Of a stretch of 64,000 nt of DNA, positions 28,825-38,487 are shown in pieces. The DNA comes from Spirochaetia bacterium (GTDB lineage Bacteria > Spirochaetota > Spirochaetia > SZUA-6 > Bin103), in contig OZ241863.1 in the NCBI GenBank assembly GCA_965203055.1, positions 3,392,001 to 3,456,000 of the forward strand, written 5' to 3'. Both the position numbers and the translations under genes were made by a program. A model generated the notes under the pieces. That model ran no database searches. It saw only the letters and a list, made by a program, of their open reading frames with translations, and was not told the origin of the DNA. Positions within the stretch are counted from its first letter, which is position 1. The number at the start of each line of letters is the position of its first letter.

Positions 28825-30060
28825 ATGCAACCATCTCCCGCAATACATAATCCCGACCGCTACATGACGGCCTTTCGTCAAATCCTTTCCCAGGGCCGCA
28901 AGCGTATCGGGATCCTGATTGGTGCGGGAGCGCCAACGTCGATTCGCGACGACAGAGACAGTCCACTTATTCCGAATGTTGAAGGTCTCACAAATGCCGT
29001 AATAGACACAATGAACAGTGATGATCGTAAAGTAGTTGAATCTCTCAAGAAACAAATTAAGCAAACAGGAAAGACCATTAACATCGAAACAATACTTACG
29101 CAAGTTCGTTTACTCTCTCAGGCCCTTGGAAATTCGGAAGTTTATGGTCTGAATGGCGACGAATACGGCGAATTGGCACGCCGAATATGTAGTAAGATAG
29201 GTGAGATAGTAGGTGCTCGATTGCCTGTCTCACCTAATCCATATACAGAATTGGTGTCCTGGATATCGGGCACGCAAAGAGAACACTCGGTCGAAATTTT
29301 TACACCCAACTACGACTTGTTGATCGAGGAAGCCTTCGAGCGTTCCAGAGTTCCTTATTTCGATGGATTCAGCGGGTCCTATAGACCGTTTTTTGATGCG
29401 GCTAGCGTCTCTTCCGACGTACTACCGGCACGTTGGGCGCGTCTGTGGAAGCTCCACGGTTCATTGGGATGGAAGATATCAGATAATGCGGTAGTCAGAA
29501 CCGGTCGACGAAATGCAACCGAACTGATATATCCCGACCACCTTAAGTACGATCAAGTTAGGAGACTTCCGTATTCGGCATTATTCGAGCGACTTCGTAC
29601 GTTTCTTTTGATTTCGGATACACTTCTCATCTGTACCGGATTTTCGTTTCTTGATTCGCACATCTGTGCGGTATTGGACGAAGCATTGGCAGAAAACGCT
29701 CATACCGCGATATATGCTTTTCAGTACGGTGAACTCAGCAGAGAGTCGGCGGCTGCTCAGATTGCGCGGTCTCGACCCAATATCAGCATCTACGCTCCAG
29801 ACGGCGCGATCGTCAACGGCGTTAAGGGACTGTGGCGGTTAGGTCATCCTCCTAGCGCAGACTGGGAGGACATCCGTCAGACGTTCTGGAATACGACACC
29901 GAGTGATGGCCAGTATCCGTTTTTGCTAGGCGACTTCGCGATGCTAGCGAGATTCTTGGCATTGATCCAGGCTCCGCAGATAGCATCGTCGGCATCTGAC
30001 CAGAGATCGGACGACTCGGATCAGCTATCTATTCGGGAGCACCATGATGCTCAGTCGTGA
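28825..30060 (+). CDS. SIR2-family (SIR2_2) protein, putative NADase effector
   Basis: ILIGAGAP, FTPNYDLLIEEA, DGFSG, WKLHGSLGW, GFSFLDSHI. Confidence 0.9.
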   Translation: MQPSPAIHNPDRYMTAFRQILSQGRKRIGILIGAGAPTSIRDDRDSPLIPNVEGLTNAVIDTMNSDDRKVVESLKKQIKQTGKTINIETILTQVRLLSQALGNSEVYGLNGDEYGELARRICSKIGEIVGARLPVSPNPYTELVSWISGTQREHSVEIFTPNYDLLIEEAFERSRVPYFDGFSGSYRPFFDAASVSSDVLPARWARLWKLHGSLGWKISDNAVVRTGRRNATELIYPDHLKYDQVRRLPYSALFERLRTFLLISDTLLICTGFSFLDSHICAVLDEALAENAHTAIYAFQYGELSRESAAAQIARSRPNISIYAPDGAIVNGVKGLWRLGHPPSADWEDIRQTFWNTTPSDGQYPFLLGDFAMLARFLALIQAPQIASSASDQRSDDSDQLSIREHHDAQS

Positions 30061-31879
30061 TCCCACATATCTTGGCACGATAGAAGCGGTGTCGGGCGCT
30101 GCGCTCAACGTTCATCTTGCTCCGTCCGTGGCTTCGGGACTGTCAATTATCAAGGGACAGACCTATAGGGTTGGCCAAGTGGGCAGCTTCGTCAGAGTTC
30201 CGCAGGGTTATCAAGACTTGTTCGGGGTCATTTCAGAAGTTGGAGCTAGCGCCGTGCCTGATCAGTTTGATCCCGGCACTGACACTGGACGCTGGATGAA
30301 GATTGAGCTAGTTGGTGAGACTGTCGGCCAGACGTTCGAGCGGGGAGTGAGTCAGTATCCCAACATAGGGGATGCCGTTCACTTGGCAATCGAGGAGCAT
30401 CTACGAAGTATCTATGACGTACGAGGCCATGGCTATGTTGTGATAGGGGCACTTTCCAGTGCGGAGAGCATTTCGGCAAAGGTAGCGCTTAACGAGCTGG
30501 TGACAAGACACTCGGCAGTCCTCGGATCCACCGGATCCGGCAAGTCTACAACGATAGCCAGTCTGCTTCGGGCGATTACCACGGTTAATGATGGGAATGA
30601 TCAATACCCTAGCGCACGAGTCATGGTCCTCGACATACATGGAGAATACTCCGTGCCTCTTGCGGACGTATCGCAGGTGTTCAGCGTCGAGCCACAGTAT
30701 GAAGAAGAGCGCTTGTATATACCCTATTGGGCGCTGGATACTGGCGACCTGCTGGATTTCTTGACTGGGGGAGTGCAGGACAACCAAGCGGCTGCCTTTA
30801 CTGACAAGATTTTTAACCTGAAGGTGGCTTCGCACCAAGCACAGCGGTTTCCAGGTGTCGATCGCGCCTCGATAACCGTTGATACGCCACTTCCATACAG
30901 CCTCAAGAGGCTTTGGCACGAACTCATCGATGTTGAGATCGCGACCTTCGAAGGAAAAGATCGTGATCAGTCTACATGCTACGATCGGGGAAACGCAGAT
31001 ATGCTCGATCGACCGAAGTACAGGCCGCATGCGATGGGATCCGCGGGGCCGTTCTTGAATCCACTGGCTCGCGGAATCGTGCGCCCCCTGGACTTGTTGC
31101 GTTCACGACTGCTTGATCGCCGCTACGACTTTCTTTTGTGTCCCGGCCCGTGGGAACCCGACCTTACTGGTAAGCCGCGGAAAGATCTGGATGAACTTCT
31201 CGGCGACTGGCTCGGCGGCGAAAAACCGATCACCATCCTGGATCTGTCGGGCGTTCCGAGTGGCGTCCTTGAACGCCTCGTGGGCTCGATACTCAAGATC
31301 GTCTACGAAGCGCTGTTCTGGAGCCGCGAGAAGACCGAAGGCGGGATCGAGCGTCCGCTGCTGATCGTGATGGAGGAAGCCCATCGCTACATGTCGAGCC
31401 GATCGGCAGGCACCGCCTCGGAAGTAATTCAACGAATCGCGAAGGAGGGCCGTAAGTACGGCGTGGGCGCTATGGTTGTCAGTCAGCGGCCCTCTGATGT
31501 GGACGAGACGGTGTTGTCGCAGTGCGGTACTTTTTTCGCGCTGCGGCTATCAAACCCCGAAGACCGAGCTCGTGTACGAGGTACGCTACCGGACGGTCTT
31601 GTCGGCCTTCTTGACGTTCTGCCAATTCTCCGCACAGGAGAAGCCATCGTCACCGGCGAAGCGGCAAAGCTGCCGATGCGCTGTCGCGTGACGCTTCCAT
31701 CGAAGAAACACCGGCCTCGTAGCGAGGATCCGGAGATCAGCAAGAAGTGGGGACTTCAGAGGCGCGAGGAAGGCTATCAACGGGTCGTGGCTTCATGGAG
31801 ATCGCAGAGCCCTATCGCGGTTACCAAGGAGTTGGATTTGCAGCGAACCCAGGTCGAGGATGACTCGGCCGTAGATTAG
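30044..31879 (+). CDS. HerA-family ATPase/helicase (HAS barrel + DUF87)
   Basis: N-terminal HAS-barrel-like region, HSAVLGSTGSGKS, LDIHGEY, VMEEAHRY, KEGRKYGVGAMVVSQRPS. Confidence 0.92.
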   Translation: MMLSRDPTYLGTIEAVSGAALNVHLAPSVASGLSIIKGQTYRVGQVGSFVRVPQGYQDLFGVISEVGASAVPDQFDPGTDTGRWMKIELVGETVGQTFERGVSQYPNIGDAVHLAIEEHLRSIYDVRGHGYVVIGALSSAESISAKVALNELVTRHSAVLGSTGSGKSTTIASLLRAITTVNDGNDQYPSARVMVLDIHGEYSVPLADVSQVFSVEPQYEEERLYIPYWALDTGDLLDFLTGGVQDNQAAAFTDKIFNLKVASHQAQRFPGVDRASITVDTPLPYSLKRLWHELIDVEIATFEGKDRDQSTCYDRGNADMLDRPKYRPHAMGSAGPFLNPLARGIVRPLDLLRSRLLDRRYDFLLCPGPWEPDLTGKPRKDLDELLGDWLGGEKPITILDLSGVPSGVLERLVGSILKIVYEALFWSREKTEGGIERPLLIVMEEAHRYMSSRSAGTASEVIQRIAKEGRKYGVGAMVVSQRPSDVDETVLSQCGTFFALRLSNPEDRARVRGTLPDGLVGLLDVLPILRTGEAIVTGEAAKLPMRCRVTLPSKKHRPRSEDPEISKKWGLQRREEGYQRVVASWRSQSPIAVTKELDLQRTQVEDDSAVD

Positions 31880-31889
31880 GAGGGATATC

Positions 31890-32102
31890 TTGGAGAAGCA
31901 GCGTGTCTCGTCTTCTACGGTGATGTCGATAGGATACGACCGCCAGACTGAGACGCTCGAGATCGAGTTCGGGAGCGGCCGCGTATACCAGTACTATGGC
32001 GTTCCTGACAACCTGCACAACGAGATAATGCAGACGCCGTCGAAGGGGCAGTTCTTCAATACTTACATCAGGGATCAATATCCGTATTCACGGGTGGGGT
32101 GA
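31890..32102 (+). CDS. KTSC domain protein
   Basis: VSSSTVMSIGYD..LEIEF.SGRVYQYYGVP..SKGQFFN..IRD; AGGAGG ribosome-binding site upstream of a TTG start. Confidence 0.92.
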   Translation: MEKQRVSSSTVMSIGYDRQTETLEIEFGSGRVYQYYGVPDNLHNEIMQTPSKGQFFNTYIRDQYPYSRVG

Positions 32103-32116
32103 CCGGCGGGTGATCG

Positions 32117-33325
32117 ATGACGATCGAATGGCCTGAGGTCGAGCGGCGCATCGCCGGCGGGGAGGACGACCGTACCGAGTTCAAGCGCGGGATCGGAGAC
32201 CTGCGCGCGGTTGCCCGGACGCTGTGCGCGTTCGCCAACGGCGCCGGCGGGCTGCTCGTGATCGGCGTCGATGACCGCGGCGCGGTTGCCGGCGTGGCCG
32301 CGGACGCCGAATCGGTGCAGGAACGGCTGACCGGCCTGCTGCACACCGCCTGCGGCAAGCCGGTCACCGCGCGCTGCGGGCGGCGCGACACCGGCGCCGG
32401 CTGGGTGCACTGGATCGCCGTGCACCGCCATCAGCGCGGCTACGAACCGTTCGCGTACGACGGCCGCTTCTGGATCCGGCGCGGCCGCGCCACCGTCGCG
32501 CCGTCGCCGTCCGAGCTGCAGGAGCTGTTCAACACCTTCGGGTTCGTGCTCACCGAGCGTCAGATCATCCCCTCGGCGACGGTCGAGGAGATCGACTTCG
32601 GCGCCGTGCGCTCCTTCATGCGGGCGCAGGGCCTCGATACCGAGCGCGAGCCGCAGCCGGCGCGCGCGGACGACCTGCGCAACGCCAGCGTCGCCGACGA
32701 GCTGGACGGCGCGCTGCGCCCCACGCTGTATGGCGCGATGGTGTTCGGGCGCGACCCGCAGGGGTATCCCCACACCTTGAACCTGTTCGTGCAGTGCGTC
32801 CGCTACGGCGGCCTTGACCAGGCGGCCGCGGTGCTGAGCGCGGGCGAGGGCAAGGGCCGCCTGGAAGATCAGGTGACGCGCGCCATGGGGTGGTTTCGCA
32901 GCCTGGGCCGGCGCGAAGTCTACGAGGGGCTCTACCGCCGCGACCTGCCGCTGCTGCCGGAGGACGCGCTGCGCGAGGCGCTGGTCAACGCCGTCATCCA
33001 CCGCGACTACGCCCTCACCGGGTCGCCGGTCCTGCTGGAGGTGTTCGACGACCGCATCGCGGTGACCAGCCCCGGCGCGCTGCCCAACCACATGACGGTG
33101 CAGCAGGCGCGCCTGGGCGGCGCGCCGCGCTCCCGCAACGAGATGATGGCGAACGCCATGGTGGTGCGCCGGCTGATGGAGCGGCGCGGGCGCGGCTGGT
33201 TGATGATGCGCCACGCCATGCGGCGCTTCAACGGGACCGAGCCGGCGCTCCACAACGACGAGCGCGACCGCTTCGTGCGGGTGACGTTCGATCTGCGGCC
33301 GGCTCCCGCGGCAGGCGGCGCGTGA
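32117..33325 (+). CDS. Schlafen/AlbA_2 + HATPase_c_4 protein
   Basis: GEDDRTEFK, CAFANGAGGLLVIGVDD, ALREALVNAVIHRDY, TSPG, SRNE, MERRGRG. Confidence 0.88.
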   Translation: MTIEWPEVERRIAGGEDDRTEFKRGIGDLRAVARTLCAFANGAGGLLVIGVDDRGAVAGVAADAESVQERLTGLLHTACGKPVTARCGRRDTGAGWVHWIAVHRHQRGYEPFAYDGRFWIRRGRATVAPSPSELQELFNTFGFVLTERQIIPSATVEEIDFGAVRSFMRAQGLDTEREPQPARADDLRNASVADELDGALRPTLYGAMVFGRDPQGYPHTLNLFVQCVRYGGLDQAAAVLSAGEGKGRLEDQVTRAMGWFRSLGRREVYEGLYRRDLPLLPEDALREALVNAVIHRDYALTGSPVLLEVFDDRIAVTSPGALPNHMTVQQARLGGAPRSRNEMMANAMVVRRLMERRGRGWLMMRHAMRRFNGTEPALHNDERDRFVRVTFDLRPAPAAGGA

Positions 33326-35685
33326 CGGCCGACGTGACGCCGGGCGCTGCGGCGCCGGGCGTCGAAACGACGGTCGTCGAGGCGCTGGCCGCGGCGCTCG
33401 CCGGCGCCGCCCGCTTCGATCCCGATGACGTGGTGCGGCCGGCCGCGGTCCTGTGGACCGATCCCGCGGCGCAGTGGCAACCGGTCGTGCCCCACCTGCG
33501 CCGGTTCGCGCCGCACCTGCTGGCGCTCGGCGAGTACGATGCCGAGCAGCGCACCGGGCCGTCGATCTGGCTGCGCTGCGTAATCGAGCGGACCCTGGAC
33601 GCGCCCCGCATCCCCGATGCGGCGACCCCGATCCTCTATCTGCCCGGCGTGAGCCGCCAGCAACTCGGCGCGGCGCAGACCTGCCCCCGGCGCCTGCAGC
33701 CGCTGGTGGAACTGCAGTACCGCGGCGCCTGCTGGACGCAGAAGAACGGCCGAGACTGGACGGTGGAGGCATTCCTCACCTCCCGGGCCGGCGGCCTGGG
33801 GCTGGACATGGCCCGGGATGCCGCGACGCGGCAGGCAATGCTGCGCGCCGTGGCGGAGTTGGCGCTCGCGCCGCTGCCGGCGCTGCGCGGCCGGCGGCTG
33901 GACGCGCAGGACTTCGACGGTCTGTTGTCGGATGATCCGATCAAGGACCTGCTGTCCTGGCTCGGCGACCCGCAGGCGATCATGACCGGCTGGGAGGCGG
34001 CGCGCCGGGACGCCTTCGCCGCGCGCTGCCGCGCGGACTTCGACTTCGATCCCGCCGGCGACGGCGAACTGGTCGCCGCCGAGCGGCTCGGCCGGCGCGA
34101 CGGGCCATGGCAAGCGGTCTGGAACCGGTTCGCCGAGGCGCCGGCGCGGTATCCCGGGGTGCCGGCACTGCTGCGCCGCGCGCGGCCCGACGACCTGTTC
34201 GCGGAGCGCTCGTCGTGGCCGCAGGAGAACGAAGCGGACGAAGCGGCGCTGCGGCGCCGCCTTGCGGCCTGCGCCGGCCGCTCGCCCGCCGCCGCGCGCG
34301 CCGAGCTCCGCGCGCTCGAACAGGAGCACGGCCAACGCCGCGGCTGGGTGTGGGCCGCGCTCGGGCAGGCGCCGCTGGCGTACGCGCTGGAGCACGTGGC
34401 GCTGATCGCCGCGCGCACCGCGGAGCAGCTCGGCGGGGCGTCGGCCGCCGAGCTGGCCCGCGGCTACGCGGCCGGCGCGTGGCAGGTCGATGCCGCCGCG
34501 CTCGCCGCGATGGAGGCGGTGAAGTCCGCCGCCGACCGAAAGGCGGTGAGCGCGGCGCTGCAGGCCGTCTATCTGCCGTGGCTGGAAGCTGCGGCGCGGC
34601 GGCTGCAGGCGCTGGCCGAGCAGGAGCCGCGCGCCCTCCGCGACCCGCCGGAGCGCTACGCCGCGCGCGACCAACCCGGTACGGCGATCCTGTTCGCCGA
34701 CGGCCTGCGGTTCGACGTTGCGCAGCGGCTGGCCGCGCGCCTGCGCGCCGACGGCCGCACGGTGCGGGTGGAGACCCGCTGGGCGGCGCTGCCGACCGTG
34801 ACCGCCACCGCCAAGCCGGCGGTCGCTCCGGTTGCCGAACAGATCGCCGGCGCCTCCCCGGGCGAGGAGTTCCGGCCGGCAGGCGCGGACGACGGCCGCC
34901 CGTTGACCGCCGCCCGGTTCCGCAAGCTCCTGACCGCCGCCGGCTACCGGTACCTCGCCGCGGACGAGACCGGCGACCCGGCGGGCCGCGCCTGGACCGA
35001 GCACGGCCAGCTCGACCGGCTGGGCCACTCGCTGCAGGCCGGGCTCGCCGCCGGCCTCGACGACCAGCTCGGCCTGCTGCGCGAACGCGCCGGAGCGCTG
35101 CTCGACGCCGGCTGGCGGGAAGTGCGGGTGGTGACCGATCACGGCTGGCTGTGGCTGCCCGGCGGCCTGCCCAAGGTCGAGCTGCCCCGCTACCTCACCG
35201 CCACCCGCTGGGCGCGATGCGCGGCCATCGCCGGCGATTCGGCGGTCGAGACGCCGGTCGTGGCGTGGCATTGGAACGCCGGTGAACGGATCGCGGTGCC
35301 TCCCGGCGTCGCCTGCTTCACCGCCGGCTGTGAGTACGCGCACGGCGGGGTGAGCCTCCAGGAAAGCCTGATTCCGGTCTTGCGGGTCGCGGCCGGCGCG
35401 GGCGCCGCCCCTGCGCCCACCGCCATTACCGCGCTATCCTGGGTAGGGCTGCGCTGCCGGGTGCGCATCGCCGCGCCGCCGCCGGGCGCGGCCGTCGACC
35501 TGCGCACGCGGGTGGCCGACGCCGCGGCGAGCATCGACCGGGCGCGGCCGGTCGACGCGCAGGGAGCGGCGAGCCTGCTGGTGGCGGACGACGAGCTGGA
35601 AGGCGCCTCGGCCGTGGTGGTGGTGCTGGACGCCGGCGGCCGGGTCGTGGCGCGGCAATCGACCATTGTCGGGGGCGGAGATTGA
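33322..35685 (+). CDS. pglZ: BREX-1 phosphatase/nuclease PglZ (type B-like)
   Basis: GTG start overlapping the previous stop. LFADGLRFD, PTVTATAK, VVTDHGW, YAHGGVSLQE. Confidence 0.9.
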   Translation: MTADVTPGAAAPGVETTVVEALAAALAGAARFDPDDVVRPAAVLWTDPAAQWQPVVPHLRRFAPHLLALGEYDAEQRTGPSIWLRCVIERTLDAPRIPDAATPILYLPGVSRQQLGAAQTCPRRLQPLVELQYRGACWTQKNGRDWTVEAFLTSRAGGLGLDMARDAATRQAMLRAVAELALAPLPALRGRRLDAQDFDGLLSDDPIKDLLSWLGDPQAIMTGWEAARRDAFAARCRADFDFDPAGDGELVAAERLGRRDGPWQAVWNRFAEAPARYPGVPALLRRARPDDLFAERSSWPQENEADEAALRRRLAACAGRSPAAARAELRALEQEHGQRRGWVWAALGQAPLAYALEHVALIAARTAEQLGGASAAELARGYAAGAWQVDAAALAAMEAVKSAADRKAVSAALQAVYLPWLEAAARRLQALAEQEPRALRDPPERYAARDQPGTAILFADGLRFDVAQRLAARLRADGRTVRVETRWAALPTVTATAKPAVAPVAEQIAGASPGEEFRPAGADDGRPLTAARFRKLLTAAGYRYLAADETGDPAGRAWTEHGQLDRLGHSLQAGLAAGLDDQLGLLRERAGALLDAGWREVRVVTDHGWLWLPGGLPKVELPRYLTATRWARCAAIAGDSAVETPVVAWHWNAGERIAVPPGVACFTAGCEYAHGGVSLQESLIPVLRVAAGAGAAPAPTAITALSWVGLRCRVRIAAPPPGAAVDLRTRVADAAASIDRARPVDAQGAASLLVADDELEGASAVVVVLDAGGRVVARQSTIVGGGD

Positions 35686-37736
35686 GACTCACACTCGATG
35701 ACCTGGACCGGCGCGCGGCGCAGGTGTTCGACGGGTATCTGGTACGCAAGGACCTGGTTCGCAAGTACAGCCGCCAGTATCCGGTGCCCACCTACGTCGT
35801 CGAGTTTCTGCTCGGCCGCTACTGCGCCACGACCGACGAGCGGGAGATCGAGGAGGGGCTGGAGATCGTCGAACGGCAGCTTGCCGACCGCACGGTGCGC
35901 ACCGGCGAGGAGGAGCTGGTCAAGGCGCGGGCGCGCGACCGCGGCTCCATCAAGCTGATCGACCTGGTCAAGGCGCGCCTGGACGCGCGCACCGACTCGC
36001 TGCTGGCCGAGCTTCCCGCGCTGGCGATCCGGGACGCCCGCATCGACGACGATCTGGTGCGGCGGCACGAGCGCATGCTCACCGACGGCTTCTACGCCGA
36101 GGTCACCCTGAGCTACGACGCGGCCATCGCGCAGGAGAAGAACGGACGCCCGTTCGCGATCGATGCCGTGCGCGCCATTCAGCTTTCGCACGCCGACGTC
36201 CTGGAGACCCTGCAGCGCGCCCGCCGCGAGCTCGACAGCGGCCAATGGCGGCGCCTGCTGTTGCGCAGCGTCGGTCTGGAGCCGGCCGCGCTCAGCGCGC
36301 GGGCGCAGTTGGTCGCGCTGGTGCGCATGGCGCCGTTCGTGGAGCGCAACTACAACCTGGTGGAGCTGGGGCCGCGCGGCACCGGCAAGAGCCACCTGTT
36401 CCAGCAGATCTCCCCCTACGCCCATCTGATATCCGGGGGCAAGGCGACGGTGGCGAAGATGTTCGTCAACAACGCCACCGGCCAGCGGGGGCTGGTCTGC
36501 CAGTACGACGTGGTCTGCTTCGACGAGATTTCCGGCGTCTCCTTCGATCAGAAGGACGGCGTGAACATCCTCAAGGGGTACATGGAATCGGGCGAGTTTT
36601 CGCGCGGCAAGGAGAGCATCCGCGCGGACGGCGGCGTGGTGATGGTCGGCAACCTCGATGCCGACGCCGCGCAGCAGCAACGCGCCGGCCACCTGTTCAG
36701 CCCGCTGTCCGCGGACCTGCGCGACGACACCGCGTTCATGGACCGCATTCACGCCTACGTGCCGGGCTGGGACTTCCCCAAGCTCGATCCGCGCGCGCAC
36801 TTCACCGATCACTTCGGACTGGTCAGCGACTTCCTGGCGGAGTGCTGGAGCCGGCTGCGCGCCGGCAGCCGCGTCCCGGCGCTGCAGGGCCGGGTGCACT
36901 TCGGCGGCGCGCTCAGCGGGCGCGACCTCACTGCGGTCAACAAGACGGTGAGCGGTCTGCTCAAGCTGCTCTACCCGGACCCGGCGATGCCGGTGCCGGA
37001 CGACGAGCTGGAGGAGCTGGTGCGCATCGCCCTGGAAGTGCGCCGCCGCGTCAAGGAGCAGCAGAAGCGGGTGTTCAAGAGCGAGTTCCGCAACACCCAC
37101 TTCAGTTACGCCCTGGGCGAGGCCGGGATCGAACGGTTCGTGTCCACGCCGGAGCTGGGCAGCGACGATGCCATCGACCCGGATCCGCTGCCGCCGGGTC
37201 AGGTGTGGGGCATCGGCCCCGGCGGGCCGGAGACCGGCCCGGCGCTCTACCGCATCGAGGTGACGGTCGGCCCGGGCAGCGGCGTCCGCATCCTCAACGC
37301 CCCGGTACCGCCGGCGTTCCGCGAGAGTACCCGCTACGCCGAGCAGAACCTGTACGCCCGCGCGCGCGAGCTGGTCGGCGACCGCGACCCGCGCGCCCAC
37401 GAGTTTTCGGTGCAGCTCCGCGCCATGGACCACGACCGCTCCGGCGCGGCGCTCGGGCTGCCGGCGCTGCTGGCGCTGTGCGGCGCGCTGCTGGAGCAGA
37501 GCCTCAAGGGCGGCCTGATCGTGGTCGGCGGGCTCAACCTGGGCGGATCGGTGGAACCGCTCGCCAATGCGGTCGGCGTCGTCGAAGCGGCGGTCGAGAA
37601 GGGCGCCGGCACGGTGCTGCTCCCCGTTTCGGCGCGCCGGCGCCTGTTCGACCTCTCCGACGACATGGCCACGCGCGTCAATCTGCAGTTCTACGGCGAC
37701 GCGCCCGACGCCCTGTTCAAGGCCCTCCTGAAATAG
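35682..37736 (+). CDS. brxL: BREX Lon-like protein BrxL
   Basis: VPTYVVEFLLGRYC, ELGPRGTGKS, VCFDE, FMDRIHAYVPGW, C-terminal Lon-like domain. Confidence 0.92.
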   Translation: MRLTLDDLDRRAAQVFDGYLVRKDLVRKYSRQYPVPTYVVEFLLGRYCATTDEREIEEGLEIVERQLADRTVRTGEEELVKARARDRGSIKLIDLVKARLDARTDSLLAELPALAIRDARIDDDLVRRHERMLTDGFYAEVTLSYDAAIAQEKNGRPFAIDAVRAIQLSHADVLETLQRARRELDSGQWRRLLLRSVGLEPAALSARAQLVALVRMAPFVERNYNLVELGPRGTGKSHLFQQISPYAHLISGGKATVAKMFVNNATGQRGLVCQYDVVCFDEISGVSFDQKDGVNILKGYMESGEFSRGKESIRADGGVVMVGNLDADAAQQQRAGHLFSPLSADLRDDTAFMDRIHAYVPGWDFPKLDPRAHFTDHFGLVSDFLAECWSRLRAGSRVPALQGRVHFGGALSGRDLTAVNKTVSGLLKLLYPDPAMPVPDDELEELVRIALEVRRRVKEQQKRVFKSEFRNTHFSYALGEAGIERFVSTPELGSDDAIDPDPLPPGQVWGIGPGGPETGPALYRIEVTVGPGSGVRILNAPVPPAFRESTRYAEQNLYARARELVGDRDPRAHEFSVQLRAMDHDRSGAALGLPALLALCGALLEQSLKGGLIVVGGLNLGGSVEPLANAVGVVEAAVEKGAGTVLLPVSARRRLFDLSDDMATRVNLQFYGDAPDALFKALLK

Positions 37737-37756
37737 ACGGGATAGTCGATGACGAT

Positions 37757-38467
37757 ATGATGATGTCTGCCGTGCGAAAGACCTGGACGTTGGTGATCCT
37801 GGCCGCCTTGCTGGCCGGTTGCAGCAACGACAGCGCCGACGTCGCCGAGGTAACCGTCGTCGCTTCCTCGGGCGCCGCGTCGATCAAGGGGGAGGTCTGG
37901 GCCGACAACTGGTTTGCCTTCTACCTGGGCGAACGCCTGATCATCGAGGACTCGACGCCGATCACGACGGAGCGCTCGTTCAATGCCGAGGCGTTAGTCT
38001 TCAACGCCGATTACCCGTTGCAACTCAATTTCGTCGCCAAGGACTTCAAGCAGGACGATACCGGTCTGGAATACATCGGCCGCCGCAACCAGCAGATGGG
38101 CGATGGCGGACTGATCGCGCAGTTTACGGATACCGCCACCGGAGCGACGGTCGCCGTCACGAATGCTTCGTGGCGATGCCTGGTGATTCACGAGGCGCCG
38201 CTCGACCGCGCCTGCGAAGGCGCGGCCGAACCGGTGGCCGGCGTCAGCCCATGCCGTTTTGCGGCGCTGGCAGAGCCGGATGGCTGGCGCCTGCCTGGAT
38301 TCGACGACGCCGAATGGCCGTCAGCGGTGGAGTACAGCGCAGCCGAAGTGAGACCGAAGGATGGCTATGAGGCGATCGAATGGCGGGACGAGGCGCGGTT
38401 GATCTGGACCGCCGATCTCGAGACGCACAACACGTTGCTGTGCCGCCTCACCGTCGACCAACCCTGA
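37757..38467 (+). CDS. Putative lipoprotein with a possible beta-sandwich/lectin-like domain
   Basis: Signal peptide with lipobox LLAGC; WADNWFAFY..GDGGLIAQF..FDDAEWP. Confidence 0.65.
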   Translation: MMMSAVRKTWTLVILAALLAGCSNDSADVAEVTVVASSGAASIKGEVWADNWFAFYLGERLIIEDSTPITTERSFNAEALVFNADYPLQLNFVAKDFKQDDTGLEYIGRRNQQMGDGGLIAQFTDTATGATVAVTNASWRCLVIHEAPLDRACEGAAEPVAGVSPCRFAALAEPDGWRLPGFDDAEWPSAVEYSAAEVRPKDGYEAIEWRDEARLIWTADLETHNTLLCRLTVDQP

Positions 38468-38487
38468 CGGCGGGCGGCGCCAGGGGC

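Noticed and set aside
30044..31879. HerA as part of a NurA-HerA repair pair or a conjugative VirB4
   Set aside because: No NurA or T4SS genes nearby, and it overlaps a SIR2 gene.
32890..33321. N-terminal extension of the PglZ ORF (similar extensions at 13009, 23123, 36245, 41065 and 49992)
   Set aside because: Overlaps a well-supported neighbouring gene and reads as low-complexity Arg/Ala/Gly; later coupled starts fit better.
14794..37756. Integrative element or prophage carrying BREX
   Set aside because: No integrase, tRNA target, att repeats or phage/conjugation genes were seen at either boundary.
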